Shown here in pieces: positions 8,199 to 17,350 of a DNA stretch of 64,000 nucleotides. A model generated the notes under the pieces. The model was given only the letters and a program-made list of their open reading frames with translations. It had not been told where the DNA came from and did not search any database. This DNA is from Nitrospirota bacterium (GTDB taxonomy: Bacteria; Nitrospirota; UBA9217). Position numbers and translations under genes: made by a program. The stretch's first letter is position 1, and each line of letters begins with the position of its first letter. The stretch covers positions 11,669 to 75,668 of the forward strand of contig DASPSR010000042.1 of assembly GCA_035623825.1 (NCBI GenBank), given 5' to 3'.

Positions 8199-9539
8199 TT
8201 ACGCCCGACCCTTAAGGAAGGTCGGGAGCTGGTTTGCTTCACGCGGACCGACGGTGATCTTCCAGCCCGGCATCTTTTCTTCAAGAGAGCCGGATAGGAC
8301 GGCCACATAACCGGGAATAATGAGCTCTTTGTGGCTCACGTTCTTCTCTACGCCGCTTTCGGCGATAAACTGTGCGATTTTACTTGCCGTGAACTTCCCG
8401 GCCGCCCAAGCCGTAAGCACCGACAGCCCTTCGTTGTCCATGACCGCTAACCACGACGGGACCTTGCTGTTCTCTACTTCGCCTCGGACGATGAAATAGG
8501 ACAGCGAGAAGTTGGTCGTTATCATGAGGGGCGAATTCTCTTTAGCGTCGCCGACCTTGTAGATGTTCTGGGCGACCTGCATCGGCACCTGCGGGTCGGT
8601 GTAGATATTTTGCCGGAGAGACAGAAGCGCCAGCATCTTCCATTTCTCGACATTGTTCACGATGATGATGGAGGCGTACTTCATTGTACCGATGGCCGCA
8701 GCGATGGTCTCGGAAATGGAATTATCGCGGGTTGCAAATGAAATAACTGGATATCCCAGAGGCTTGAAGTTCTTTTTGATGGCAGCCCGCCGGATGATCG
8801 TGAAGTGCTCGATCATGTCCTTAGCCGTGCGCGCGCCGGAGTCAAGCACCAGGTCGTCTATACCGAGACCCTTGACCCTTTCGGCAAGGGCGGTGAGAGC
8901 GTCAAGCCCTTCTGCTGCCACAGCAAGAGACGCCTTTTTCTCTTTCGCGATTTTTGCCATGGCATCGGCGTTCTCTGCCGTCGCCGCGTAGATCAGGGGC
9001 TTTTTGTCCGCGCAGTGCGCGATGCCCGCCTCGATGGTGGCAGGAGCCTTACTAACAAGGATCAGGGGAACGCCCGGCGCTCCATCCACGACCTGCTTAA
9101 CGACTGAGGAAAACTTCGCTGCATCGCCTCCTTCGTCGGTCACTGCGATGGCGTCGACACGTAGCTTCTGGCCTACACGGTCGATCTCGGAGGTCTTGAC
9201 AGCTGCGATCTTGTTGGCTGCGGCGTCACCGGCCTCGGACGCCTTGATTGCAACAGCGAATATGTTGGGGTTGAAGAATTTCTTTTCGTGGCGGAACATG
9301 CAGATCTCATCGCCTACCTTCACGGCCTTGTCGCCCGACCCGATTGTGATTCCGCGGATCGGCGGTGCCGCGGCCTCGCCGAGGAGTTTCTTCGCGTCCT
9401 CGGATGCATCCGGGCAGGAATCGAGACTCGCCTGCTTGGCCGCGAGTTTCATGGCAAAGGCAAGGCACGTTGGGTGACCGCACTTCTTGCAGTTGGTCTT
9501 CGGGAGATACTTGAATATTTCAACACCAGAGAGTGCCAT
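8199..9539 (-). CDS. acsC: corrinoid iron-sulfur protein, large subunit
   Basis: The N-terminal [4Fe-4S] motif is YLPKTNCKKCGHPTCLAFAMKLA. The protein is 446 aa and sits between acsB and acsD. Confidence 0.9.
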   Translation of the reverse strand: MALSGVEIFKYLPKTNCKKCGHPTCLAFAMKLAAKQASLDSCPDASEDAKKLLGEAAAPPIRGITIGSGDKAVKVGDEICMFRHEKKFFNPNIFAVAIKASEAGDAAANKIAAVKTSEIDRVGQKLRVDAIAVTDEGGDAAKFSSVVKQVVDGAPGVPLILVSKAPATIEAGIAHCADKKPLIYAATAENADAMAKIAKEKKASLAVAAEGLDALTALAERVKGLGIDDLVLDSGARTAKDMIEHFTIIRRAAIKKNFKPLGYPVISFATRDNSISETIAAAIGTMKYASIIIVNNVEKWKMLALLSLRQNIYTDPQVPMQVAQNIYKVGDAKENSPLMITTNFSLSYFIVRGEVENSKVPSWLAVMDNEGLSVLTAWAAGKFTASKIAQFIAESGVEKNVSHKELIIPGYVAVLSGSLEEKMPGWKITVGPREANQLPTFLKGRA

Positions 9540-9665
9540 TCTTTGTGCTCCTTTCGGAAGATCGAATCACATTTATCGTCTATCGTCGGGCACGCAAATA
9601 GCCTTGGGCATTTCCCAGAGCATCTTGCGGCCCCCGCTGCGTCCTTCTGCGGTGAATGAAGCTTG

Positions 9666-10607
9666 TTAACCTGCCAGCTCGGCGATGAACTCCTTCGCCT
9701 TTGCCGCAGCCCCGGGATGGCGCATGATCAGCAGGTCAGCGCCGGCCGTCAGCATTGCCCCGGCAGTCACCGCCTCCCATGCCAAGGCACGATCCTCAAG
9801 GCTGCCCCACTCCGGCATTTCTGCATCAGGCGCGATGGTTTCCTTGACCTTCCAGACGTTCGCGCCGATATCGCAGACTATCGGGGTCTGCATCATGGGA
9901 TCGTTCTGAAGAAGGGCTGCCAAGCGGATGCGCTCCATGACACTGTAGGTATATTCGAGGCCATATCCCAGAGCAGACGACATGGGGTCCATAATGATGC
10001 GTTCTTTGTCGAAGCCCATCTGGGTCAGCAGGATGTTGAGCTGTTTTGCCAGGTTCACATCAAGCTGGCTCATGGCAATTAGCTTGTGGTCGTTTGCCAT
10101 AGCTGCTGCCGCGATGGTTTTATAGTTCTCTTCCAAGGCCTTGCCAATTGCGCAATTCTTGCCTCGCGTTGCCGCTGCCGCGGCCTGGAGCACCTGGGTG
10201 TCCTTTTCCACGTGTCCGCTGCCGAGGATTACAAGCGGGATGTCAATGGCCGCCGCGACTTCAGCTGCAACCTTAGCCGCCTCTTCGGGGCTCTTGTTCT
10301 TCTGGTCCGGGTGCGTGCCTACCAACCGGAGCGCTACCGCGTCGGCGCCGCTCTGCTGGCAATACTTGGCCCACTGCACCGGGCTTGCCGAAGCACCGCT
10401 AAGCGCTTTCTTCAAAGTCTCAGGCCAGTCATCGGGAGTGATGTCCATAACCTCGAGCGCTATGGCTGGCTTATTCGGGAATGTACCCTCGAACCCCAGG
10501 AAGGGAAGGGCTGAAGCGCCACCGATAGTCACGGCCTTTGCGCCGGTGCCTATCTGTACGTTGAAAATCTTGCCGCTATAGGTCTCCTTAGGTATTACGA
10601 GCGCCAT
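9666..10607 (-). CDS. acsD: corrinoid iron-sulfur protein, small subunit
   Basis: A 313-aa TIM-barrel-like protein adjacent to acsC/acsE. The N-terminus MALVIPKETYSGKIFNVQIGTG is typical of AcsD/CdhD. Confidence 0.85.
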   Translation of the reverse strand: MALVIPKETYSGKIFNVQIGTGAKAVTIGGASALPFLGFEGTFPNKPAIALEVMDITPDDWPETLKKALSGASASPVQWAKYCQQSGADAVALRLVGTHPDQKNKSPEEAAKVAAEVAAAIDIPLVILGSGHVEKDTQVLQAAAAATRGKNCAIGKALEENYKTIAAAAMANDHKLIAMSQLDVNLAKQLNILLTQMGFDKERIIMDPMSSALGYGLEYTYSVMERIRLAALLQNDPMMQTPIVCDIGANVWKVKETIAPDAEMPEWGSLEDRALAWEAVTAGAMLTAGADLLIMRHPGAAAKAKEFIAELAG

Positions 10608-10797
10608 GAAAACCTCCTCAAAAAGTAGTGCACATAGTAACAGATTTCCCTGTTCAGAACAAGAGCTAAATGGTGCTGATTAACATTAAACCATGAAAGA
10701 ATATCCGGGCTCAAAAAGTTCAAAATTAACAAGGAAAAAGGTCTCGGTTGTCGATTTGGCTTCGCTTGTTATTTTTGCTTAAAATGAGTGCTTCCCT

Positions 10798-11586
10798 CTA
10801 CATCTCCAGATACGAATGGGCATACATTTTCTTTCCCATAATCATCTCAACGGTCTTGACAGTGTCCATCATATCCTTGTCAAGCGGGTCAATGATGGCA
10901 GCGGAAAGCCCTTCGTAAATGAGCATAGTAAGGAAGTTCCTGTTGATGATGGGACGAACATGCTTGGGCGCCCCGTTGGAGATATTCGAGAGACCTACGA
11001 CGGTCTGCATAGGCGGATCGTTCAGCTCTTGGAACATCTTGATTGCTCGAATTGCCTGCCGGCCCTGATCCTGCATGGTGCAAATCTGGAGAATAAGCGG
11101 GTCCAAGAACAGGTTCTCCATGGGCACACCGAACTCCATGGCACGAGCCATAATCTCGGAAGCGATGACGCAACGATCCTCGGCATCTGCCGGGATGCTG
11201 CCCTTGCCCAGGGTAAGCGCGATAATCTTGGCGTTGTACTTTCCGGCGAGCTCCATCATGGGATACCGCTCAGGCTCGTTGGAGGTAGAGTTAATGATCG
11301 GTGCACCCCAATCGTTGTTGTGAGCCTTAAGACCCGCTTCCATTGCTTTCAGGTTAGTCGTATCGAGGCAGAGTGGCTTCTGCACCACTTCATGCACGAC
11401 CTTTACCGCCCAATCCATGAGCTGCTGCCCGTTCTCTTCGGCTGGTCCGATGGAAACGTCGATATAGTGCGCACCTGCCTTTGCCTGCGCCACGGCGAGT
11501 TCCTGGAGCGGCTTGGGGTCAAGCTTCTGAAGCGCCTCACGCACCTTCTTTGCAATAACACTGATTTTTTCTCCGATTATAATCAT
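10798..11586 (-). CDS. acsE: methyl-THF:corrinoid iron-sulfur protein methyltransferase (pterin-binding domain)
   Basis: A 262-aa protein with MIIIGEKISVIAKKVREAL...GAHYIDVS...CLDTTN...INS pterin-binding barrel motifs. Confidence 0.9.
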   Translation of the reverse strand: MIIIGEKISVIAKKVREALQKLDPKPLQELAVAQAKAGAHYIDVSIGPAEENGQQLMDWAVKVVHEVVQKPLCLDTTNLKAMEAGLKAHNNDWGAPIINSTSNEPERYPMMELAGKYNAKIIALTLGKGSIPADAEDRCVIASEIMARAMEFGVPMENLFLDPLILQICTMQDQGRQAIRAIKMFQELNDPPMQTVVGLSNISNGAPKHVRPIINRNFLTMLIYEGLSAAIIDPLDKDMMDTVKTVEMIMGKKMYAHSYLEM

Positions 11587-11703
11587 GCTCTATAACATCT
11601 CCTTTCGAATCTGACTCGATCAATGCATCATGCAGGACGCCGATTTGCGCGGATAAACGAAGATGTAAAATCGCTATTTTTGTTCATCGGCGTCCATCAG
11701 TTT

Positions 11704-12621
11704 TTATCCGCATCCAAAAGGTTTTTCTTGCTTATCGACTACCAGTTTCAACAGTTCCTCTGCCTTGTCCTGGCTGATGCTCCCCCGCTCCCTGGCCACG
11801 GAGACGGTCTGACGCGCCAAATCCTTATAAAGACTCAAAAGATCTGGCGCACGTCTCCGCATGGCTTCAACGTGATCGAGCACGGTCTGCGTGTCTCCTC
11901 GCATGATCGGGCCGGTGAGTGCATCCGGTATCCCGAGAGTCTCTATATTGTGAAGCGTCCCCCGGATGAGCGGAAGCACGGCCTTGAGCGCTTCTTTCTT
12001 GTCGGCGCCCAGCGCTTGGTAAAATTTAAGCCCGTAATCGACGAGCGCAACAAAGTAATTTGAGACCGCCACAGCGCCTGCGTGGTACAGTGCGGCAGAG
12101 TCTTTGTGAGAGCTCCACTTCGGCATCACAAGCTCGATGCCTCCCAGAGCCTTCACGATGTCCTTCGCCGCCTTGAGCACCTCGGGATCAGCTTCGATTC
12201 GAAAATAAGACCCCGGGAGCATTTTGGCGCCCTGCTCGCAGCTCGCCAGCGACTGAAGCGGATGAAGAACTGCTCGATAGGCCCCGGTTCTTCGCGCCGC
12301 GTTAAGGAGGTCAAGCTCGTGAGCGCCGGACATGTGTATAACCAGTGCGCCTGGCCTGAACCCCGCAGCTGCCGCGATCTTATCGCAGACTTCTTTTATA
12401 ATCCCGTCAGGAGTCGTGATGAAAACAAGCTCAGCACCGGCTGCAGCCATCACCGCATCTGTCGCAGGCTTCCCCTCGCCGATGAAGCCAGAGGCCCGCA
12501 CCGCAGAAGCCATGGTCCTTGCAACAACCGCAGTCACGGGATACCCTGCCCGCTTGAGCAGGTAGCCCACGGAACTGCCCACGCGACCTGCGCCTATGAT
12601 GGCCACGGTTTTTATGTTCAC
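11704..12621 (-). CDS. Rossmann-fold oxidoreductase of the DUF2520 type (possible PanG-like ketopantoate reductase)
   Basis: GTG start with GAGGGAG upstream. IAIIGAGRVGSSVG is the dinucleotide-binding loop. The C-terminal half (YHAGAVAVSNYFVAL...TGPIMRGD) matches my recollection of the DUF2520 domain. The function is an inference. Confidence 0.6.
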   Translation of the reverse strand: MNIKTVAIIGAGRVGSSVGYLLKRAGYPVTAVVARTMASAVRASGFIGEGKPATDAVMAAAGAELVFITTPDGIIKEVCDKIAAAAGFRPGALVIHMSGAHELDLLNAARRTGAYRAVLHPLQSLASCEQGAKMLPGSYFRIEADPEVLKAAKDIVKALGGIELVMPKWSSHKDSAALYHAGAVAVSNYFVALVDYGLKFYQALGADKKEALKAVLPLIRGTLHNIETLGIPDALTGPIMRGDTQTVLDHVEAMRRRAPDLLSLYKDLARQTVSVARERGSISQDKAEELLKLVVDKQEKPFGCG

Positions 12622-12714
12622 CTTGAAATCTCCCTCACCCTGACCCTCTCCGCGAGGGGCGAGGGAGCAATCCCTCCCTGACGGGAGGGATAAAGGGAGT
12701 GCAATGCTTTCGCT

Positions 12715-13485
12715 TTACGGGATCAATTTGTCCAGCATAGCAAAATAACGCATAAGCGCCTTTGACTCTGCCGGAAGCTGGATAAGCGGCTTACCGTTTA
12801 AGTCATACTCAAAGATCAGATGATCCGCGGGAACGAATCCCGCGAACTCCACGCCCTGTTGCTTAATCGCCTGCTGGAGGGCTTTGTCCTCGCCCGTCCC
12901 ATCCTGCACACGGTTCACGATTAGGACCGAGCGCTTGACGTTCAACCCCAGCTCTTTTACCAGCTCGCCGATGCGACCGGCGGTCATAATCCCGCGAACA
13001 GACGAATCGCTGATAATGAGGAGCAGGTCTGTGTCCTGGGTCGTGCGGCGCGAAAGGTGTTCGAGGCCGGCCTCGTTATCCATGACCGTATACGAGTACG
13101 AGTCCGCCAGCTTGTCCATATATTTTCGGATGATGTTGTTCGCTGCGCAGTAACAGCCCGCACCCTCAGGCCTGCCCATGACCAGCAGGTCGAAACCCTT
13201 TGCCTCAATGAGCGCCTGTTGAATCTGGTAGTCGAAGAGCTGCTCCATGCTCATACCGCCGGGCCGGGGCGCCGTAGACTTGACCGCTTCAAGAGAGGTC
13301 TCCCTCAGCGCGCCCACGGTAGCATGGACATTGACACCGAGGACGTCGTTCAGATTCGCGTTGGCGTCGGCATCGACAGCGAGCACCGCACGGTGCTTTT
13401 TTTCCGTCAAATATCGTATGGTAAGGCCGCAGAGGCTGGTCTTGCCCGTGCCGCCCTTGCCTGCTACTGCTATTGAAAAACCCAT
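12715..13485 (-). CDS. cooC: CooC/AcsF-type Ni-insertion ATPase (MinD/ParA-fold), copy 1
   Basis: The deviant Walker A is AGKGGTGKTS, and the CxC metal motif is GAGCYCAANN. The protein is 256 aa. Confidence 0.85.
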   Translation of the reverse strand: MGFSIAVAGKGGTGKTSLCGLTIRYLTEKKHRAVLAVDADANANLNDVLGVNVHATVGALRETSLEAVKSTAPRPGGMSMEQLFDYQIQQALIEAKGFDLLVMGRPEGAGCYCAANNIIRKYMDKLADSYSYTVMDNEAGLEHLSRRTTQDTDLLLIISDSSVRGIMTAGRIGELVKELGLNVKRSVLIVNRVQDGTGEDKALQQAIKQQGVEFAGFVPADHLIFEYDLNGKPLIQLPAESKALMRYFAMLDKLIP

Positions 13486-13553
13486 GTGACCTCAACTACA
13501 GGATTTGGGGGACGAGGTCAAGGATACGGCCTATCCTGATTCTGACCCCCCTC

Positions 13554-14291
13554 CTAACTCACCGCTTTCTTTACTCTGTACTTCTTTCTGACTTCTTCTA
13601 TTTTGCCGCACGTCATCTTGCCTTCGGGACAAGCGGCATATAGACAGCCAGGACCTGACTTGGCGAAGATTGTAGGAGCCACGCCCTTTACGAGGGCGAG
13701 CATGCGCTCGGCCATTTCCCGGATCTCCCACTGCGCCCGGTTACAGCATCGCACGCGGAAAAAGTGCAGAAGCTCACGTGCGTTCATGGTGACGACTATT
13801 TTCGTCTCCGCCGCGTTCGGCAGCAGATACCTCGCATCCTGTTGCCCCGACTCACCCTTAAACCCGAGCTCGTCGAGGCGCCTTAGAACCCTGGTGTAAT
13901 TCTCCTGAGCCTCGGCCATGCATTTCTCGAACTCTTTCGCAAGCGCCGGATCCTGCTTGATGCTCGGCGGAATTACATAATCGAACTGCTCTTCCTTCAC
14001 ATACCGCTGGCTCTGCTGCGAGTACGAGGCCACGCGGTGTCGGACGAGCTGATGAGAACAGGCCCGGGAGATTCCCTCGATACCGAAGGAGAAGGAAACA
14101 TGCTCAATGGGAGAAAGGTGCCCGATGGACGCCAATTTCTCCACGAAGGCTGCTTGATCCTTGGCCTCGATCTTCTCTTTGAGTTCCTCTACACCAGACG
14201 GGCTGTAGCAAAGCTTCGCAGCCATTGCCACAACCTCTTCGGGTTCCGGAGTATACCGAAGGAGAACAACATTCAAAGCTGTTTCAGGCAT
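13554..14291 (-). CDS. thyX: FAD-dependent thymidylate synthase
   Basis: The ThyX signature RHRVASYSQQSQRY (RHRxxSxxxxSxR) is present. I prefer the start at MPETALNV (ATG 14289-14291), which has GGGGAG upstream. The track ORF extends to 14333. Confidence 0.9.
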   Translation of the reverse strand: MPETALNVVLLRYTPEPEEVVAMAAKLCYSPSGVEELKEKIEAKDQAAFVEKLASIGHLSPIEHVSFSFGIEGISRACSHQLVRHRVASYSQQSQRYVKEEQFDYVIPPSIKQDPALAKEFEKCMAEAQENYTRVLRRLDELGFKGESGQQDARYLLPNAAETKIVVTMNARELLHFFRVRCCNRAQWEIREMAERMLALVKGVAPTIFAKSGPGCLYAACPEGKMTCGKIEEVRKKYRVKKAVS

Positions 14292-14506
14292 GCTGTCGTC
14301 TCCCCTCGGAATGCCCCCGGCTGCATGGCGCAAGAATGAGATAAAGAGGGAAAATACGAATGCCGGGGAAGAATATTATATCCAGCGCGTATCCCATGAG
14401 TCAAGGAAAAATCAGAACGGTACTGTGAATTTTTTTAATTAACATATAAATTTCATTGATGAAATCGACCTGCTCCGCAAGATGCGGCCGGCCGTTTGCT
14501 GTCTGA

Positions 14507-15307
14507 TTATTTAAAACTATGCTCCTCCGCTGGGAATTTGCCGTCTTCCACATCCTGTCTGTATTCTTTGACCGCTTTGAGCGCCTGGTCCTTGAGGTTC
14601 ACATACTTCTTTACGAATTTCGGGGTGAATCGGTCAAAAAGCCCCAAAAGGTCATGAATGACGAGGACCTGTCCATCGCAATCCGGACCAGCGCCAATTC
14701 CAATGGTTGGGATGCGGAGGATGTCATGAATCTCCTTTGCAAGTGAAGCAGGCATAGCCTCGAGCACAACTGCGAAGGCTCCCGCGTCTTGAACTGCGCT
14801 CGCATCAGCCAGGATCTTCTCCCGGGCCTCCTCGTCCTTGCCCTGGACCTTGAATCCGCCGAGGGCATGCACATACTGGGGGGTGAGCCCGATGTGTGCC
14901 AAGACCGGAATACCGGCGTTCACGATCGCGCGAATGACATCGGCCATCTGTGTGCCGCCTTCCAACTTCACAGCTTCGGCACCTGCCTCCTTTAAAAACC
15001 GGCCAGCGTTTAACACAGCATCGGAAACGCTGGTCTGGTAAGAGAGGAACGGCATATCGCCCACAACCATTGCGGATTGCGTCGCTCGAGAAACGAGTTT
15101 AGTGTGGTAGAGCATCTCGTCCATCGTAACCGGGAGCGTGCTCGCTACACCTTGAACCACCATGCCGAGGGAATCCCCAACGAGAATTATATCGATCCCA
15201 GCCTGGTCCACGATCTGAGCAGTGGGGAAGTCGTAGGCCGTGAGTACGGTGATTTTCTTGCTTTCGGCTTTTTTCTTATATATATCGAGGATGGTTATCT
15301 TCCGCAT
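14507..15307 (-). CDS. panB: 3-methyl-2-oxobutanoate hydroxymethyltransferase (ketopantoate hydroxymethyltransferase)
   Basis: The sequence [36 protein letters not shown]...KLEGG is the classic PanB pattern. Confidence 0.92.
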   Translation of the reverse strand: MRKITILDIYKKKAESKKITVLTAYDFPTAQIVDQAGIDIILVGDSLGMVVQGVASTLPVTMDEMLYHTKLVSRATQSAMVVGDMPFLSYQTSVSDAVLNAGRFLKEAGAEAVKLEGGTQMADVIRAIVNAGIPVLAHIGLTPQYVHALGGFKVQGKDEEAREKILADASAVQDAGAFAVVLEAMPASLAKEIHDILRIPTIGIGAGPDCDGQVLVIHDLLGLFDRFTPKFVKKYVNLKDQALKAVKEYRQDVEDGKFPAEEHSFK

Positions 15308-15517
15308 ATTTCCCCCTAGTGGGGCAAGCTTAAATTTTCAGATCCAGGCGTAAACCTGGCTTAAAAAATAATGTCTAATATGCAGTGTCATGGTCTCTTT
15401 TGGCACTCCATCATCCATTTGGATTTTGAGATTTGATATTTGTAATTATCTCAGGCAGCTATTCTAATACTTCGCGATTTAGTTTTTTCCCAAATCCCCG
15501 ACCCGTGACTTCGCAAT

Positions 15518-16489
15518 TCACACCTGTGGCCTCGGATAAAGTCCGGCTGCCTTCACAATCCCTTCGATGGCGCTCTCCCACTCGATGGCCTGGATGTGCA
15601 CGCCCTTCACGCCGGGCGTCTCCAGGGCTTGATGAATGAGTTCTACCGTGATCTTGAGTCCTTCCTGCTCCTGCAGTTCCTTGGCCTTCTTCTTGTCCTC
15701 GCCCGCGGCTGCCTTGGCCTTGTTCATCCGGTCGATCATGGACTTCGGAACTGAAACGCCCGCAACGGAGGAATCCATGTATTTTAGCATCATGGCGCTC
15801 TTGGGCACGATGATGCCAGCGAGGATTGCTGTCCTCTCGTGGAGGCCCATATTCCGGATCTTGGCCATCTGCTCGCGAAAAAGCGACATATCGTAAATGC
15901 CCTGGGTCTGAATAAAGTCTGCGCCTGCGTTCACTTTTTTGAGAAGATTGATCGGCCGGAAGTCAATGGGATCTCCCATGGGCGTCCAGGAAGCGCCGAT
16001 AAAGAATTTCGGCGCGACTTCCAAGGGATCACCGCCTTCCTGCGTGCTCTCATCGCGCATCTTCTTCAGGATGCCGACGAGCTGGCAGGTGTCGACATCG
16101 TAGACGTTCTTTGCCCCGGGATGCCCCTTGAGTTTTCCCGCTGCGCTGAACTTCTGATGGTCGCCGGCCAGGCAGAGACAGTTCTTGAGGCCCAGAGCTG
16201 AAGCGCCCAGGAGGTCGGCCTGCATCGCGATCCTGTTCCGGTCGCGACAGGTCATCTGCATCACCGGCTCGAGTCCGTTCTGGAACGCGATGGCTGCGGC
16301 TGCGATGCTCGATATTCGCACAACCGCGGTCTGGCAGTCGGTGATATTCGCCGCATCGCAGAATCCCCTGAGCATCTGAGCTTTCCTGACGACCTCATGG
16401 CCGTCGGCGCTCATGGGCGGTCCGAGTTCAGCGGTAACCGCGGGCTTGCCGCTTGAAATGACTTTTTCCAGATTGCTTCCGCTCTTCAT
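15518..16489 (-). CDS. metF: methylenetetrahydrofolate reductase, acetogen-type catalytic subunit
   Basis: A 323-aa protein with VTAELGPP...ANITDCQ...MTCRDRNR...LCLAGDH, the MTHFR barrel pattern. It is adjacent to metV. Confidence 0.88.
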   Translation of the reverse strand: MKSGSNLEKVISSGKPAVTAELGPPMSADGHEVVRKAQMLRGFCDAANITDCQTAVVRISSIAAAAIAFQNGLEPVMQMTCRDRNRIAMQADLLGASALGLKNCLCLAGDHQKFSAAGKLKGHPGAKNVYDVDTCQLVGILKKMRDESTQEGGDPLEVAPKFFIGASWTPMGDPIDFRPINLLKKVNAGADFIQTQGIYDMSLFREQMAKIRNMGLHERTAILAGIIVPKSAMMLKYMDSSVAGVSVPKSMIDRMNKAKAAAGEDKKKAKELQEQEGLKITVELIHQALETPGVKGVHIQAIEWESAIEGIVKAAGLYPRPQV

Positions 16490-16603
16490 TAATCCAAACC
16501 TCCAAAAGGATTGTCCACGTTATTTTTTTTTATGGGATTACGGGATAAAATCGGATTGACAAAAATCCTCTCAATCCCGGCGTTCCGTAAAAAGATTTTT
16601 ATC

Positions 16604-17311
16604 TCACTTCCCGGTCTTCGCCGCTTCTTTCTCCTCGTACTCCTGGATGTGCTCAAGCGATACCCTGCGCGGCCCCCCGTCGCGCGAGGTGGCCCAATTC
16701 CGTGGCGGCAGGACCTTGGTCAACTTGTCGAGCTGGCCAAGCTTGGTCATGCGCTCCACGATGAGGTACCAAGCGCAGTCGATCTCGCCCGACACCTCGC
16801 ACTTGCCCTTGTTCGTGCCTCCACAGGGGCCGTTCATCAGCGTCTTGGCGCACCGCGCAATGGGGCAGATACCGCCGGTTAGGTGCAGGATGCAGTCCCC
16901 GCATCCGGCGCAAAGCTCCTTGAACTTGCCCGGTGCCTCAACGGCTCCGTAGAAGGAAGTGTTGATGCCCGGGACCACGGGCACCGTACCGGTCCTGTCG
17001 GAAAGGAAGTTCACGCCCACTCCGCAGGCCGTGGAGACCACAATATCGTACTTCTTTACGTCTTCGATTACAGGATCGAAGTACTCGGGCTCGCAGTGAC
17101 GCATCACGCCCATATGGTCTATCTCCATAGTTTTCCCCTCCTGGGAAGCCTTCATCCGGAGGAGGGATGCAATGGTCTCGGCCTCCTTCTCACCTCCGGC
17201 ATGGCAGATTGCCACGCATGTGTTGCAGCCGAACACCAGCACCTTCTTCTTGTCCTTCACCATGTTCCAGATCTCATCGATTGGCTTCTGCGATCCGACG
17301 ATCATGATCAA
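16604..17311 (-). CDS. metV: MetV-like iron-sulfur/zinc-ribbon subunit (MTHFR C-terminal-domain family)
   Basis: The Cys-rich block is CAGCGDCILHLTGGICPIARCAKTLMNGPCGGTNKGKCEV...CAW. The gene lies immediately upstream of metF. Confidence 0.8.
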   Translation of the reverse strand: MIMIVGSQKPIDEIWNMVKDKKKVLVFGCNTCVAICHAGGEKEAETIASLLRMKASQEGKTMEIDHMGVMRHCEPEYFDPVIEDVKKYDIVVSTACGVGVNFLSDRTGTVPVVPGINTSFYGAVEAPGKFKELCAGCGDCILHLTGGICPIARCAKTLMNGPCGGTNKGKCEVSGEIDCAWYLIVERMTKLGQLDKLTKVLPPRNWATSRDGGPRRVSLEHIQEYEEKEAAKTGK

Positions 17312-17350
17312 TGCTCCTTTTCATTTGTACTCGCTGCGGGGACAGGACCG